The notes under the pieces: model-generated
Told to the model about the DNA's origin: nothing
The model's input: only the letters and a program-made list of their open reading frames with translations
Databases searched by the model: none
In this document: positions 52,423-61,301 of the stretch, one piece after another
How positions within the stretch are numbered: position 1 is the stretch's first letter
How the letters are laid out: every line of letters starts with the position of its first letter
Source: Rhodobacterales bacterium
Lineage (GTDB): Bacteria > Pseudomonadota > Alphaproteobacteria > Rhodobacterales > Rhodobacteraceae
Direction of reading: 5' to 3'
NCBI GenBank assembly: GCA_038260405.1
Contig: JBBSNW010000004.1
Coordinates: 32,133 to 96,132 of the forward strand
DNA: 64,000 nt
Made by a program: the position numbers and the translations under genes

Positions 52423-53360
52423 GCTGCGTCCTTCCAGTTCAAGATCATTTTCAGGCATGCGGCGTCTTCGAAAGCGGTGCGGTAGGCACCGGGCGCATCC
52501 TTAGCGGCGGATTGATGGGTGATGAGGCCGTCGAGGCTCAGCGCGCCGCTTTCGACAAGAGCGCGCGTGGCGGCAAGATCGGCATGGGTCCATTCGGCGG
52601 CGACGCGGAAACGCGCCTCTTTCATGAAGGCCGGCGGGAACGAGAATTGCAGCGGCTGGGTGTAAAAGCCCGCCAGTACGATCTCGCCGCCCTTGGCGAT
52701 CCGGGTGATCAGGTCATTCAGAAGCGCGCCGTTGCCCGAGGCGTCATAGACGCTGGTATAGTCGCGGCGGGTATCGGCATCGGGGTGGATCACCTCGTAG
52801 CCCATTGCGCCGGCCTGACGGCTTTCGTCGATTTCCCAGACTGTCGGTGCAGGCGCGCCGGCGGCGACGGTCAGCCGCGCCAGAAGCCGCCCGAGGACGC
52901 CGTGTCCCACGATCAGGTCCGGCACCGCCTTGTTGAGGCCGGCCATCGCATGACGGGCTGTCGCCGCCAGGGCCAGCAGCGCGCCCTGCGCTCCGTACCC
53001 GGAATCGATTCGCGTCACGCGGTCCTTCTTGGTCACCACACGCCGTGCGGCACCGCCAAAAAGCCCAAAGGCGCCCTCGTAACAATTGGCCCCGGGAACA
53101 AAGACATGATCTCCGGGTTTGTAGCCCGTTCCGCGTCCCGCCTCGACCACCTCGCCGGCGGCCTCGTAACCGGGAACCAGCGGATAACCCATGCCCGGAA
53201 ACGGAGGCATCTGGCCGGACCAGAACAGTTTTTCCGTTCCGGTGGAGATGCCCGAATGGGCAATCTCGACCACCAGATCATCAGCACCCGGATCGGTCAG
53301 AGTCAGCGTGTCCAGACATAGATCCTGTGGACCTCTGAGTAGGACGGCTTCGGTCTGCAT
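52419..53360 (-). CDS. bchC: 3-hydroxyethyl bacteriochlorophyllide a dehydrogenase
   Basis: Trimmed to the ATG at 53360 ([14 protein letters not shown]...). 313 aa, zinc-type alcohol-dehydrogenase-like ([30 protein letters not shown]). Confidence 0.93.
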   Translation of the reverse strand: MQTEAVLLRGPQDLCLDTLTLTDPGADDLVVEIAHSGISTGTEKLFWSGQMPPFPGMGYPLVPGYEAAGEVVEAGRGTGYKPGDHVFVPGANCYEGAFGLFGGAARRVVTKKDRVTRIDSGYGAQGALLALAATARHAMAGLNKAVPDLIVGHGVLGRLLARLTVAAGAPAPTVWEIDESRQAGAMGYEVIHPDADTRRDYTSVYDASGNGALLNDLITRIAKGGEIVLAGFYTQPLQFSFPPAFMKEARFRVAAEWTHADLAATRALVESGALSLDGLITHQSAAKDAPGAYRTAFEDAACLKMILNWKDAA

Positions 53361-53431
53361 GATGCTCAGCTCCTCTGATCTGCACCCATCCGAAGCGAAT
53401 CTTTCAAGACCCTTGCGGTTGGATGTCACAC

Positions 53432-53499
53432 TGTCAGTTTAAGCTTACACATCGTTGTGTCAATAAGAATGGACAGATCGCTGTCAGTTCAGGTCGACA
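53432..53499. promoter_or_regulatory. Array of three PpsR/CrtJ-type palindromes upstream of bchC
   Basis: TGTCAGTTTAAGCTTACA (53432-53449), TGTCAATAAGAATGGACA (53458-53475) and TGTCAGTTCAGGTCGACA (53482-53499, spanning the crtF stop codon). The gaps are 8 and 6 bp. Confidence 0.75.
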
Positions 53500-54637
53500 A
53501 TTTGCGCGCAGTCACTACTTGGGTGACGTAGGGGCGCGCCGAGCGGTGAATTTGCGTATCGACAAACCCGACCGCACTGCACAGCGCCGAGATCCGCGCC
53601 GCAGACCGTACGGTGCCGGTACGCATTGCCATTGTATAGAAGGCAAAATACACGTCTGTGGCAGCACTTGGGGTGGCTCCGCCCGACATCGGCTCGGAAA
53701 TCACGAGCCGTCCGGAGGCGGGCAAGGTGGCATGCACCTTGGCCAGAAGATGCCGCACCGTCTCGTCTGAATGATCGTAGAGAACCCGTATCAGGGAGAT
53801 GGCGTCGGCACCTTCCGGCAGGGGATCATCCCGAAACGATCCGGAGTGGGTGTCAACTTTAGTTGACAGGTTCGCACTGTTCATACGTGCCTCCGCCCCA
53901 GCCACCACATGCGGCAGATCGAACAGGCTCACACGCATTTCAGGATAGGCCTGCGCAACCGCCTGGGCGAAGGCCCCGAAGCCGCCGCCTACATCGAGCA
54001 GATGCCGCGTGCCCTTCAGCGAGACCGCCGCAAGCGTGTCCTCTGCGACCAGCCCCTGCGACTGCGCCATGAGATCGGAGTAGGTGCCGGTGACCTTTGG
54101 GTCAACCGCGCCGCGCGCGCCAAAGACATAAGGCCAGAAATCCGCGAGCTCGGTCTGAACCTCTCCGCGCAGCAGGGCCACCGGATCCTTCAGATCGCGG
54201 TAGAAGATGTCGTGATGCCGAATCATCTGTTCCAGACCGGGCACGCCCAGCATCGCGGCCCCCAGACGCGCAGCGCCGAACCGACCGTCCTTGTGACGGT
54301 GCAGAAGGCCCATCGCCGCGCCGGCTTGCAGAAGCTGCGCCAGGCGTTCGGGCGGAATGCCTGTACCTTGGGAGAGTTGCTGGACGGTGCGCGGCCCCTC
54401 CATCACCTGATGGGGAATGCGCAACTGCACCAGAGCGAACAGGACCTGAGAGCGGACAAAGCCCTGCACCATGTCGAAAAGCTGATCACCATCGCGCCGG
54501 GCGAACCCGCGAGTCAGCGGAAAAGCTGCGGCCCAACGCTGAAACCTTGGTTGTGCGACAATCCGTGCGAGACGCGTGCGCCAGTCGAAACGCTGCCGCG
54601 ATGTGGTCACGGGAGGCTGCTCCGCGGACAGGACCAC
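53489..54637 (-). CDS. crtF: Demethylspheroidene O-methyltransferase
   Basis: It has an O-methyltransferase SAM motif (LLDVGGGFGAF) and a dimerisation-domain-like N-region. There is no in-frame ATG before the conserved part. The GTG at 54637, 5 nt after the crtE stop, is proposed as the start (382 aa). Confidence 0.85.
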   Translation of the reverse strand: MVLSAEQPPVTTSRQRFDWRTRLARIVAQPRFQRWAAAFPLTRGFARRDGDQLFDMVQGFVRSQVLFALVQLRIPHQVMEGPRTVQQLSQGTGIPPERLAQLLQAGAAMGLLHRHKDGRFGAARLGAAMLGVPGLEQMIRHHDIFYRDLKDPVALLRGEVQTELADFWPYVFGARGAVDPKVTGTYSDLMAQSQGLVAEDTLAAVSLKGTRHLLDVGGGFGAFAQAVAQAYPEMRVSLFDLPHVVAGAEARMNSANLSTKVDTHSGSFRDDPLPEGADAISLIRVLYDHSDETVRHLLAKVHATLPASGRLVISEPMSGGATPSAATDVYFAFYTMAMRTGTVRSAARISALCSAVGFVDTQIHRSARPYVTQVVTARKLST

Positions 54638-54641
54638 GGGT

Positions 54642-55514
54642 TCACGCCCGGGCTTGGACGGGCTGCACGACGGGCATGATCTGTTGCGCCTGTTTGCGGA
54701 CCATCTCGGCCAGCATCGCCTCGCCCGGACAGGACGGGATCGATGCGATCGCGCCGGACAGGATGTTCTTGAGCCTTTGCGTCGCGCCGTCGACACCAAG
54801 CTGTGTCACTGCGTTCGGACGTCCGTGCAGATCGTCCTGCCCGGCGGGCTTGCCCAGCGTCGCCGCATCACACAGCGCGTCACGCAGGTCGTCGGCGACC
54901 TGGAAAGCCTCGCCGATCCGGGCGCCCAACTCATACCAGGGCTCGGAGTCCTGACCCGCGGCCAGGGCGCCCATCTGCGTCGCGGCGATGAACAGCGCTC
55001 CGGTTTTGGAACGGTGATAGGCCGACAGATCGATCTCTGCTTCGCTCTCCCAGCCCTGCCCCGCGCAGATGCCGCCGGGCATGCCGGTCTGCTGCGCAAG
55101 CGACAGGACAAGCTGAATGCCTCGATCAGGCGCTGCATGGGAGGCGCGGGCCAGCACCTCGAACGCCAGAACGATCAGCGAATCACCCGTGAGCACGGCC
55201 AGCGGCTCGGAATAGGCGCGATGCACGACGGGCTTGCCCCGCCGCATGTCCGCATCGTCAAAACAGGGCAGGTCGTCATGTACCAGGCTCGCACAATGGA
55301 TCAGCTCCAGCGCCGCCGCGGCCGCATCCGTGAGTTCCGGCCGGTCATCGCCGCAGGCCAAAGCCACCGAGACGAGGATTGTCGGGCGAATCCGCGCGCC
55401 ACCGGGTGTGATCGCATATGTCAGCGCCTCGGAGAGCTGGGCCGGGGCAATGCCCCCCTGCCCGATGGAAACGGCGTTTCGCACTGCGGCGTCAATACGC
55501 GCGTTCAAGGACAT
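54642..55514 (-). CDS. crtE: Geranylgeranyl diphosphate synthase
   Basis: Trimmed to the ATG at 55514 (MSLNARIDAAV...). 290 aa with the Asp-rich motifs LVHDDLPCFDDADMRRG and FQVADDLRD. Confidence 0.92.
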   Translation of the reverse strand: MSLNARIDAAVRNAVSIGQGGIAPAQLSEALTYAITPGGARIRPTILVSVALACGDDRPELTDAAAAALELIHCASLVHDDLPCFDDADMRRGKPVVHRAYSEPLAVLTGDSLIVLAFEVLARASHAAPDRGIQLVLSLAQQTGMPGGICAGQGWESEAEIDLSAYHRSKTGALFIAATQMGALAAGQDSEPWYELGARIGEAFQVADDLRDALCDAATLGKPAGQDDLHGRPNAVTQLGVDGATQRLKNILSGAIASIPSCPGEAMLAEMVRKQAQQIMPVVQPVQARA

Positions 55515-55538
55515 GGGCGGGCTCCTGTTTTCGAAGAG

Positions 55539-55580
55539 TGTCACTATAATCTGACACAAATGTGTAAATCATACTGGACA
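55539..55580. promoter_or_regulatory. Tandem PpsR/CrtJ-type palindromes in the divergent crtE/crtD promoter region
   Basis: TGTCACTATAATCTGACA (55539-55556) and TGTAAATCATACTGGACA (55563-55580), 6 bp apart. Confidence 0.75.
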
Positions 55581-55609
55581 CATGCGGTCCTCGAGTCAAC
55601 AATCCGGAT

Positions 55610-57154
55610 ATGAGCGTGACGCAAAATCCTGCTGAAAAAGTGAAGAACGGCCCTGTCGTGGTGATCGGCGCTGGAATTGGTGGGCTTTGTGCTGCGCTCA
55701 GGTTGGCGCATGCCGGTCTGGATGTCACGGTCGTTGAACGGCATGGCGCCCCCGGTGGCAAGATGCGACAGGTGAACGGCGTCGATGCAGGGCCCACCGT
55801 GCTGACGATGCGAGGCGTTTTCGATACACTTTTCGACGATGTCGGTGAAAGACTGGACCGTCACGTAGACCTCATTCCACAAGACATCCTCGCCCGGCAC
55901 TGGTGGCCCGACAGCGGACCGCTGGACCTTTACGGCGATCCGGCGCGCAGTGCCGACTCCATCGGTGATTTTGCCGGTGCCGCCGCGGCGCGGGATTTCC
56001 TGAAATTCTCGGCCCGCGCCCGGCAGCTGTTTCATGGCTTCCAGGGACCGGTCATGGCGGCCCCTGCCCCGACCCTCACCACCCTCACCCGGCACGTGAT
56101 AAGCCATCCCGGCCTCATTCGCGCCATGGCGCCCCTCTCGACCTTCGCCGGATTGCTGAACCGGTCGTTCGCTGATCCGCGTTTGCGCCAGCTATTCGGA
56201 CGCTACGCGACCTATGTCGGCGGCTCACCATATGCCTCCCCCGCCCTGCTCGCCCTGATCTGGGAGGCCGAGGCCGGCGGCGTCTGGTGCGTGCGCGGCG
56301 GCATGCACGCGCTCGCCCGCGCCATCGCCAAGCTTGTCCACGCGCGCGGCGGCACGCTGCGCTACCGCTCGGACGTGACGCAGATCGTGACGGGGTCCGA
56401 TGGTGTCGCGGGTGTGATGCTGTCGGATGGCGAGATGCTCGCGACGCGCCAGGTGGTTTTCAACGGCGATCCCCGCGCACTCGGGCTGGGCCTGCTGGGC
56501 GGGGATGTGAAAGCTGTCGCGCCAAAGACCTTCCGCGCGGAACGCAGCCTCTCGGCGAATGTCTGGAGCTTTGCCTCGCCGGTAGACGGACCGGATCTCG
56601 TGCATCACAACGTCTTTTTCTGCAACGATCCGCGGCGCGAATTCGACGATATCGCAAAAGGACGGATGCCAACGGACCCGACGCTCTACCTGTGCGCCGA
56701 GGATCGCGGACAGGGCACAAAGCCGCCCGGGACGGAGCGGTTCGAGATTATCATGAATGCGCCGCCGCTGAACCGGCGTCCCGCGGCAGCCGAGGATTAC
56801 CAGACATGTCACACCCGGACCTTTGCCAGCCTGTCCCGTTTCGGCCTGACCTTCGCAGAGCCGCCGGGACGGGAGGCCCTGACCATGGCGTCGGATTTCG
56901 AGACGCTGTTTCCCGGGACAGCCGGATCGCTTTACGGGCAGAGCCCGCACGGGATGACGGCGGCGCTGGACCGGCCGGTCGCGACCACCCGGGTGCCGGG
57001 GCTGGTGCTGGCGGGGGGTGGCGTGCATCCGGGAGCGGGAGTGCCGATGGCGGCGCTCTCCGGGAAGCACGCGGCCGAGGCGATACTGAAGGGCCGAACT
57101 TCAACCTCGCTGTCCCGCCGAACGGCTATGCCTGGTGGTATGTCGACGGCATAA
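55610..57154 (+). CDS. crtD: Methoxyneurosporene/hydroxyneurosporene desaturase (phytoene-desaturase family)
   Basis: 514 aa with the FAD motif VVVIGAGIGGLCAALRLAHAG and the C-terminal GGGVHPGAGVPMAALSG motif. The last 20 or so codons overlap the conserved N-terminus of crtC in another frame. Confidence 0.9.
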   Translation: MSVTQNPAEKVKNGPVVVIGAGIGGLCAALRLAHAGLDVTVVERHGAPGGKMRQVNGVDAGPTVLTMRGVFDTLFDDVGERLDRHVDLIPQDILARHWWPDSGPLDLYGDPARSADSIGDFAGAAAARDFLKFSARARQLFHGFQGPVMAAPAPTLTTLTRHVISHPGLIRAMAPLSTFAGLLNRSFADPRLRQLFGRYATYVGGSPYASPALLALIWEAEAGGVWCVRGGMHALARAIAKLVHARGGTLRYRSDVTQIVTGSDGVAGVMLSDGEMLATRQVVFNGDPRALGLGLLGGDVKAVAPKTFRAERSLSANVWSFASPVDGPDLVHHNVFFCNDPRREFDDIAKGRMPTDPTLYLCAEDRGQGTKPPGTERFEIIMNAPPLNRRPAAAEDYQTCHTRTFASLSRFGLTFAEPPGREALTMASDFETLFPGTAGSLYGQSPHGMTAALDRPVATTRVPGLVLAGGGVHPGAGVPMAALSGKHAAEAILKGRTSTSLSRRTAMPGGMSTA

Positions 57155-58020
57155 GTGCAGACGGACAGCGCGCCGTTTCGGTCATCGGCTTCATCGGCTC
57201 GGTCTTTTCACCCTGGTACCGCTGGTCAGGTCGGCGCGACCCCGAGAACCACGTCTGCATGAACGTCGCGACCTATGGGCCCGGCGGTCGGTTCACCATG
57301 ACCGACCGGGGCCGGGCCGCGCTGCGGCAGAGTCCTGAGATGCTGCAGGTCGGACCATCGTCGATGCACTGGGACGGCACCACGCTCGTCATCCGGATCG
57401 ACGAGATTTCCGCGCCGCCCATCATCTCGCGCGTGCGCGGCGAGATCCGCCTGACACCATGCGCGATCACGGATCGGGAATTGCCGCTCACGCCCGACGG
57501 CGCGCATGTCTGGCGGCCCTTCGCACCGGTCTCGCGGATCAGCGTCGATCTCGAGGCGCCGGGATGGCGCTGGGACGGACACGGCTATTTGGATGCGAAT
57601 TTCGGCACGCGCGCGCTGGAGGAGGACTTTTCCTTCTGGACATGGGGCCGCTACCCGGCACGCGGTGGCAGCACATGCTTCTACGATGCGACGCGGCTCG
57701 ATGGATCGGAACTGGCGGCGGGCGTGCATTTTGATGCTGACGGCACCGTTCAGGAAATCCCGCTGCCGCCGAAGCGCGCCATGCACCGGTCACTCTGGGC
57801 GGTGCGGCGGGAAACCCGGGGCGATGTCGGTTCAACCGCCCGACAGGTGATGAACATGCTCGATGCGCCGTTCTATTCACGTTCGATGGTGCAGACCGTT
57901 CTGGACGGAGAGACTTGCACGGGGGTGCATGAGGCCCTCGATCTGACGCGATTCCGCTCGCCGCTCCTCAAGCCCTTGCTGGCGGTGAGGGTGCCACGCC
58001 GCTCCGGATGGACGTTCTGA
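57094..58020 (+). CDS. crtC: Hydroxyneurosporene synthase (acyclic carotenoid 1,2-hydratase); start codon unresolved
   Basis: The frame reads ...GPNFNLAVPPNGYAWWYVDGISADGQRAVSVIGFIGSVFSPWYRWSGRR..., which is CrtC-like as I recall it. There is no ATG, GTG, TTG, CTG or ATT in frame between 56809 and 57150. The 5' coordinate given is only the start of the recognisable region. Confidence 0.75.
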   Translation, partial: PNFNLAVPPNGYAWWYVDGISADGQRAVSVIGFIGSVFSPWYRWSGRRDPENHVCMNVATYGPGGRFTMTDRGRAALRQSPEMLQVGPSSMHWDGTTLVIRIDEISAPPIISRVRGEIRLTPCAITDRELPLTPDGAHVWRPFAPVSRISVDLEAPGWRWDGHGYLDANFGTRALEEDFSFWTWGRYPARGGSTCFYDATRLDGSELAAGVHFDADGTVQEIPLPPKRAMHRSLWAVRRETRGDVGSTARQVMNMLDAPFYSRSMVQTVLDGETCTGVHEALDLTRFRSPLLKPLLAVRVPRRSGWTF

Positions 58021-58025
58021 TCACA

Positions 58026-58080
58026 GCGCCGGAATGGGGGCTCTGCCCCCACACCCCCGGGATATTTCAGACCCGGAGAA
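58026..58080 (+). repeat. GC-hairpin intergenic repeat, copy e (crtC><tspO spacer)
   Basis: GCGCCGGAATGGGGGCTCTGCCCCCACACCCCCGGGATATTTCAGACCCGGAGAA. Confidence 0.85.
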
Positions 58081-58126
58081 TGAGGGGGTTCGTTCTTCGC
58101 ATTCGATGTGTCCGGGTCGTGGCGGG

Positions 58127-58585
58127 TCAGGCCTTTTCCGGATTGAGCTTCCAGACGGAAGCGTTCAGGGCGCCCGCGATGGTCACCCAGAGGAGATAGG
58201 GTACGAAGAGCAGCCCGGCGATCCAATCCACCTGATAGAGCGCCACCAGCGTTATCGCGACCGAGCACCACAGGGCCGACAGGACGATCATTCCGAGCTT
58301 GATCTTCTTCAGGCCGAAGAAGACCGGCGTCCACAATCCGTTCAGCGCGATCTGAAGCGACCAGAGCGCCATCGCGACGCTGTTATCCTCGGACATCGCC
58401 GCGCGGGCGCCTGCCGTGGCCATGCAGATGTAAAGGGAGGTCCAGACGACCGGAAACGCCCAGTCGGGCGGTGTCCAGGACGGTTTGACGAGATTGCGAT
58501 ACCAGTCACCGGGCGAGAACAACCCGCCGGTGGATCCGGCCGCAAAACAGGCGGCAAGGAATATTGTCATAAGAAGCCAGAACAT
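58127..58585 (-). CDS. tspO: Tryptophan-rich sensory protein TspO (CrtK)
   Basis: 152 aa with five TM helices and Trp-rich motifs (WYRNLVKPSWTPPDWAFPVVWTSLY; LWSLQIALNGLWTPVFFG). Confidence 0.92.
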   Translation of the reverse strand: MFWLLMTIFLAACFAAGSTGGLFSPGDWYRNLVKPSWTPPDWAFPVVWTSLYICMATAGARAAMSEDNSVAMALWSLQIALNGLWTPVFFGLKKIKLGMIVLSALWCSVAITLVALYQVDWIAGLLFVPYLLWVTIAGALNASVWKLNPEKA

Positions 58586-58589
58586 GCTC

Positions 58590-59630
58590 TTAGGTAGAGC
58601 GCGCCGACCCCCTTATCAAGTCCTCGCGTCGTCGCTGGTCGGTGGCGGCAAGCTGGGTCAGCGCGGTAAAGAGCCCGTCCTTGCGGCTCCAGCTTTGCCG
58701 GCGCTCTGCCGCGGCGGAGACGAGGAAGGCCACTTCGTCGAGCGGGCGGGCATAGAGCACGGCTGATTTCGGCATCACGACGGTCGCCGCAGCTCGCGTC
58801 GCCGACAGCATCAGCCAGCCGATCTTCTGGCTCTTGGATGTATGTGCCCTCGTGGTGATGGAATCGTATCCGGCCTGCTGCACCTTGTGACCGATCCCGG
58901 CATAGATGTGGCGCGCGGCGTAGATCCCGGGGCGGCAGGCGGTCGGCAGGGCGGCGATCCCGGCCTCTGACCGGTTATAGAGGCGCGTCGCCTCGATCAG
59001 CAATTCGCGGGTCATCTGGCGGATCGGTTTCGTCGCCTTGGGGTTGTCGAGGAAGGCTTCGGGGTCGATGCCCGCATTGATGAGCCAGTCGGTCGGCAGA
59101 TAAAGGCGCCGTTCGAGCGCGTCTTCACCGACATCGCGTGCAATATTCGTGAGCTGCATCGCCACACCCAGATCGCAGGCACGCGCCAGCGCATCCGCGT
59201 CACGCACCCGCATCAGCACGCACATCATTGCACCCACGGCGGCGGCGACCCGCGCGGAATAATCGCAGAGTTCGGAGAAGGTCGCGTAGCGGCGGCCGAT
59301 CGCATCCCAGGCGAGACCTTCGAGCAGCGCCTCGGGCAAGGCGCGGGGCATGTCGAATTCCTCGACCACGGCGGCAAAGGCACGGTCCGCCGCGGCGTTG
59401 CGCGGGCGTCCCTGATAGACACGCTCGAGCCTCTCCTGCAGAGACAGCACGGCTGCGGCCTTTTCGACCTGGAGATCGACCGCGTCATCGGCAAGCCGAC
59501 AGAAGGCATAAAGCGCCAGCGCCGGATCGCGCACCTTTCCGGGCAGCAGGCGCGATGCGGCATGAAAGGACAGCGACCCGTGCCGGATCGATTCGGTACA
59601 GGCCTGCATGTCGCCGGGATGGATGCTCAT
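58590..59630 (-). CDS. crtB: Phytoene synthase
   Basis: 346 aa with the squalene/phytoene synthase motifs YAFCRLADDAVD and QLTNIARDVGED. Its start overlaps the crtI stop (ATGA). Confidence 0.93.
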   Translation of the reverse strand: MSIHPGDMQACTESIRHGSLSFHAASRLLPGKVRDPALALYAFCRLADDAVDLQVEKAAAVLSLQERLERVYQGRPRNAAADRAFAAVVEEFDMPRALPEALLEGLAWDAIGRRYATFSELCDYSARVAAAVGAMMCVLMRVRDADALARACDLGVAMQLTNIARDVGEDALERRLYLPTDWLINAGIDPEAFLDNPKATKPIRQMTRELLIEATRLYNRSEAGIAALPTACRPGIYAARHIYAGIGHKVQQAGYDSITTRAHTSKSQKIGWLMLSATRAAATVVMPKSAVLYARPLDEVAFLVSAAAERRQSWSRKDGLFTALTQLAATDQRRREDLIRGSARST

Positions 59631-61177
59631 GTCTTCGCTCTTTCAGGATCGGGAACAAGCTGGCTCAGCACTTCCGCAGAGGCGATCACGCCCGGCAGGC
59701 CTGCACCCGGATGGGTTCCGGCGCCGGTGAGGTACAGTCCCGAAACTTCTTCCGAGACGTTGTGCGGGCGGAACCAGGCGGATTGCAGGATGCGCGGCTC
59801 GATCGAAAAGCCGGTGCCGAAGGGCGAGAGATACCGGTCGCGGAAGGTTTCCGGGGTAAAGACCTCGGACGGACCGATATGCTCGGCAAATCCCGGCAGC
59901 AGCTGTTCGTCGATAATCTTTGTCATCTTCGCGAGGTAGGCCCCCTTTTCGGCCTCCCAGTCGACCGGGTTCTTGTGGCCGAGATGCGGCACCGGGCTCA
60001 GGACATAAAAGGTGTCGTCGCCTTCGGGCGCGACGCCCGGGTCGGTGACGCTCGGCCGGTGGACATAGAGCGACATGTCATCCGACAGCTTGCCCTTCAC
60101 AAAGATGTCGTTCACCAGACCCTTGTAGCGTGGACCGTTCAGGATCGTATGGTGGCCGCATTCGGGCCATTTGTCGGCCGTGCCCTTGGTCCCGAAATAC
60201 CAGACGAACAGGCCCATGGACCAGCGCGCCTTGTTCAGCTTCTTGCCGGTCCAGCGGTACCGGTCATGGTTGCGCATCAGGGTTTCATAGGTGAACCCGG
60301 CATCGGCGTTGGAGACGACGATATCGGCGCTGACGGTTTCGCCGGATTTCAGATGCACGCCCTGCGCCCTGTTGTTCTTGACGACGATCTCGTCGACTTC
60401 GGTTTCCATCCGCATCACGCCGCCCTGATCCTCGATCACGCTGGCCATGGCCGTGGCGATCGCGGCGACACCGCCCTGCGCATAATGGACGCCGAAATTC
60501 TTTTCGAGATGGCTCACAAGTATATACATAGAGGTCACGTTGAACGGGTCGCCGCCGATGAAAAGCGGATGGAAGGACAGCGCCATGCGCAGGCGTTCAT
60601 CCTTTACCCGCCGCGCGGCATGGGCATAGACCGACCGGTCAGCCCGCATCATCGCGAATTTCGGCAGGACGGTGAAGAGGTCCCGCAGGCGGTGCATCGA
60701 GCGTCGGCCCAGATCCTCGAACCCGAACCAGTAGCGTTTCTCGCTGTCATCGAGGAACTTGATGTAACCCGGCAGGTCGCCGGGAGAGAGGCGCGCCACC
60801 TCGGCCTTCATCGCCTCGGTATCCTGCCGCGCCTTGAAGGACGAGCCGTCCGGCCAGCGGATCTCGTAGAACGGATCGAGCGCGGTAATCTCGACTTCCT
60901 TGTGGAAGTCACGCCCGCAGGCGGCCCACAACTCCTTGAAAATCTGTGGCACCGTCACGATCGTCGGTCCAAGATCGAACCGGTGACCGTTGCGCCACAG
61001 ACAGGAACCGCGTCCGCCAGGCACATCCAGCCTGTCGATCACGGTAACGCGGTAGCCTTTCGCGCCGAGCCGCATGGCCGACGCCAGACCACCAAGCCCG
61101 GCGCCGATCACTACCGCATGGGGGGCGTCGCGCCGGTCGGCCGCAGAGGCAAAGGATGTGTCGATTTTTGTCATCAT
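59627..61177 (-). CDS. crtI: Phytoene desaturase
   Basis: 516 aa with the FAD motif AVVIGAGLGGLASAMRLGAKG and the C-terminal LYLTGAGTHPGAGLPGV. Confidence 0.95.
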   Translation of the reverse strand: MMTKIDTSFASAADRRDAPHAVVIGAGLGGLASAMRLGAKGYRVTVIDRLDVPGGRGSCLWRNGHRFDLGPTIVTVPQIFKELWAACGRDFHKEVEITALDPFYEIRWPDGSSFKARQDTEAMKAEVARLSPGDLPGYIKFLDDSEKRYWFGFEDLGRRSMHRLRDLFTVLPKFAMMRADRSVYAHAARRVKDERLRMALSFHPLFIGGDPFNVTSMYILVSHLEKNFGVHYAQGGVAAIATAMASVIEDQGGVMRMETEVDEIVVKNNRAQGVHLKSGETVSADIVVSNADAGFTYETLMRNHDRYRWTGKKLNKARWSMGLFVWYFGTKGTADKWPECGHHTILNGPRYKGLVNDIFVKGKLSDDMSLYVHRPSVTDPGVAPEGDDTFYVLSPVPHLGHKNPVDWEAEKGAYLAKMTKIIDEQLLPGFAEHIGPSEVFTPETFRDRYLSPFGTGFSIEPRILQSAWFRPHNVSEEVSGLYLTGAGTHPGAGLPGVIASAEVLSQLVPDPERAKT

Positions 61178-61193
61178 GAGACAAGGCTACATG

Positions 61194-61211
61194 TGTCAAC
61201 TTAATCTGACA
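61194..61211. promoter_or_regulatory. PpsR/CrtJ-type palindrome, crtI-proximal
   Basis: TGTCAACTTAATCTGACA, a perfect TGTc-N10-gACA, 17 nt upstream of the crtI ATG. Confidence 0.7.
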
Positions 61212-61268
61212 ATCTTTTCTGTAGCGCCTTCTGATCTTCGGTTAATTCTTTTCATTACAGTGCAGACA

Positions 61269-61286
61269 TGTCAGACTTAATTGACA
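61269..61286. promoter_or_regulatory. PpsR/CrtJ-type palindrome, crtA-proximal
   Basis: TGTCAGACTTAATTGACA, a perfect TGTc-N10-gACA, 16 nt upstream of the crtA ATG. Confidence 0.7.
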
Positions 61287-61301
61287 CTTTAAAGGGCAGT
61301 C

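Noticed and set aside
49774-52485. 903-aa plus-strand ORF
   Set aside because: It is antisense to bchY and bchX, both unambiguous. Its composition is Arg/Gly/His-rich and not protein-like.
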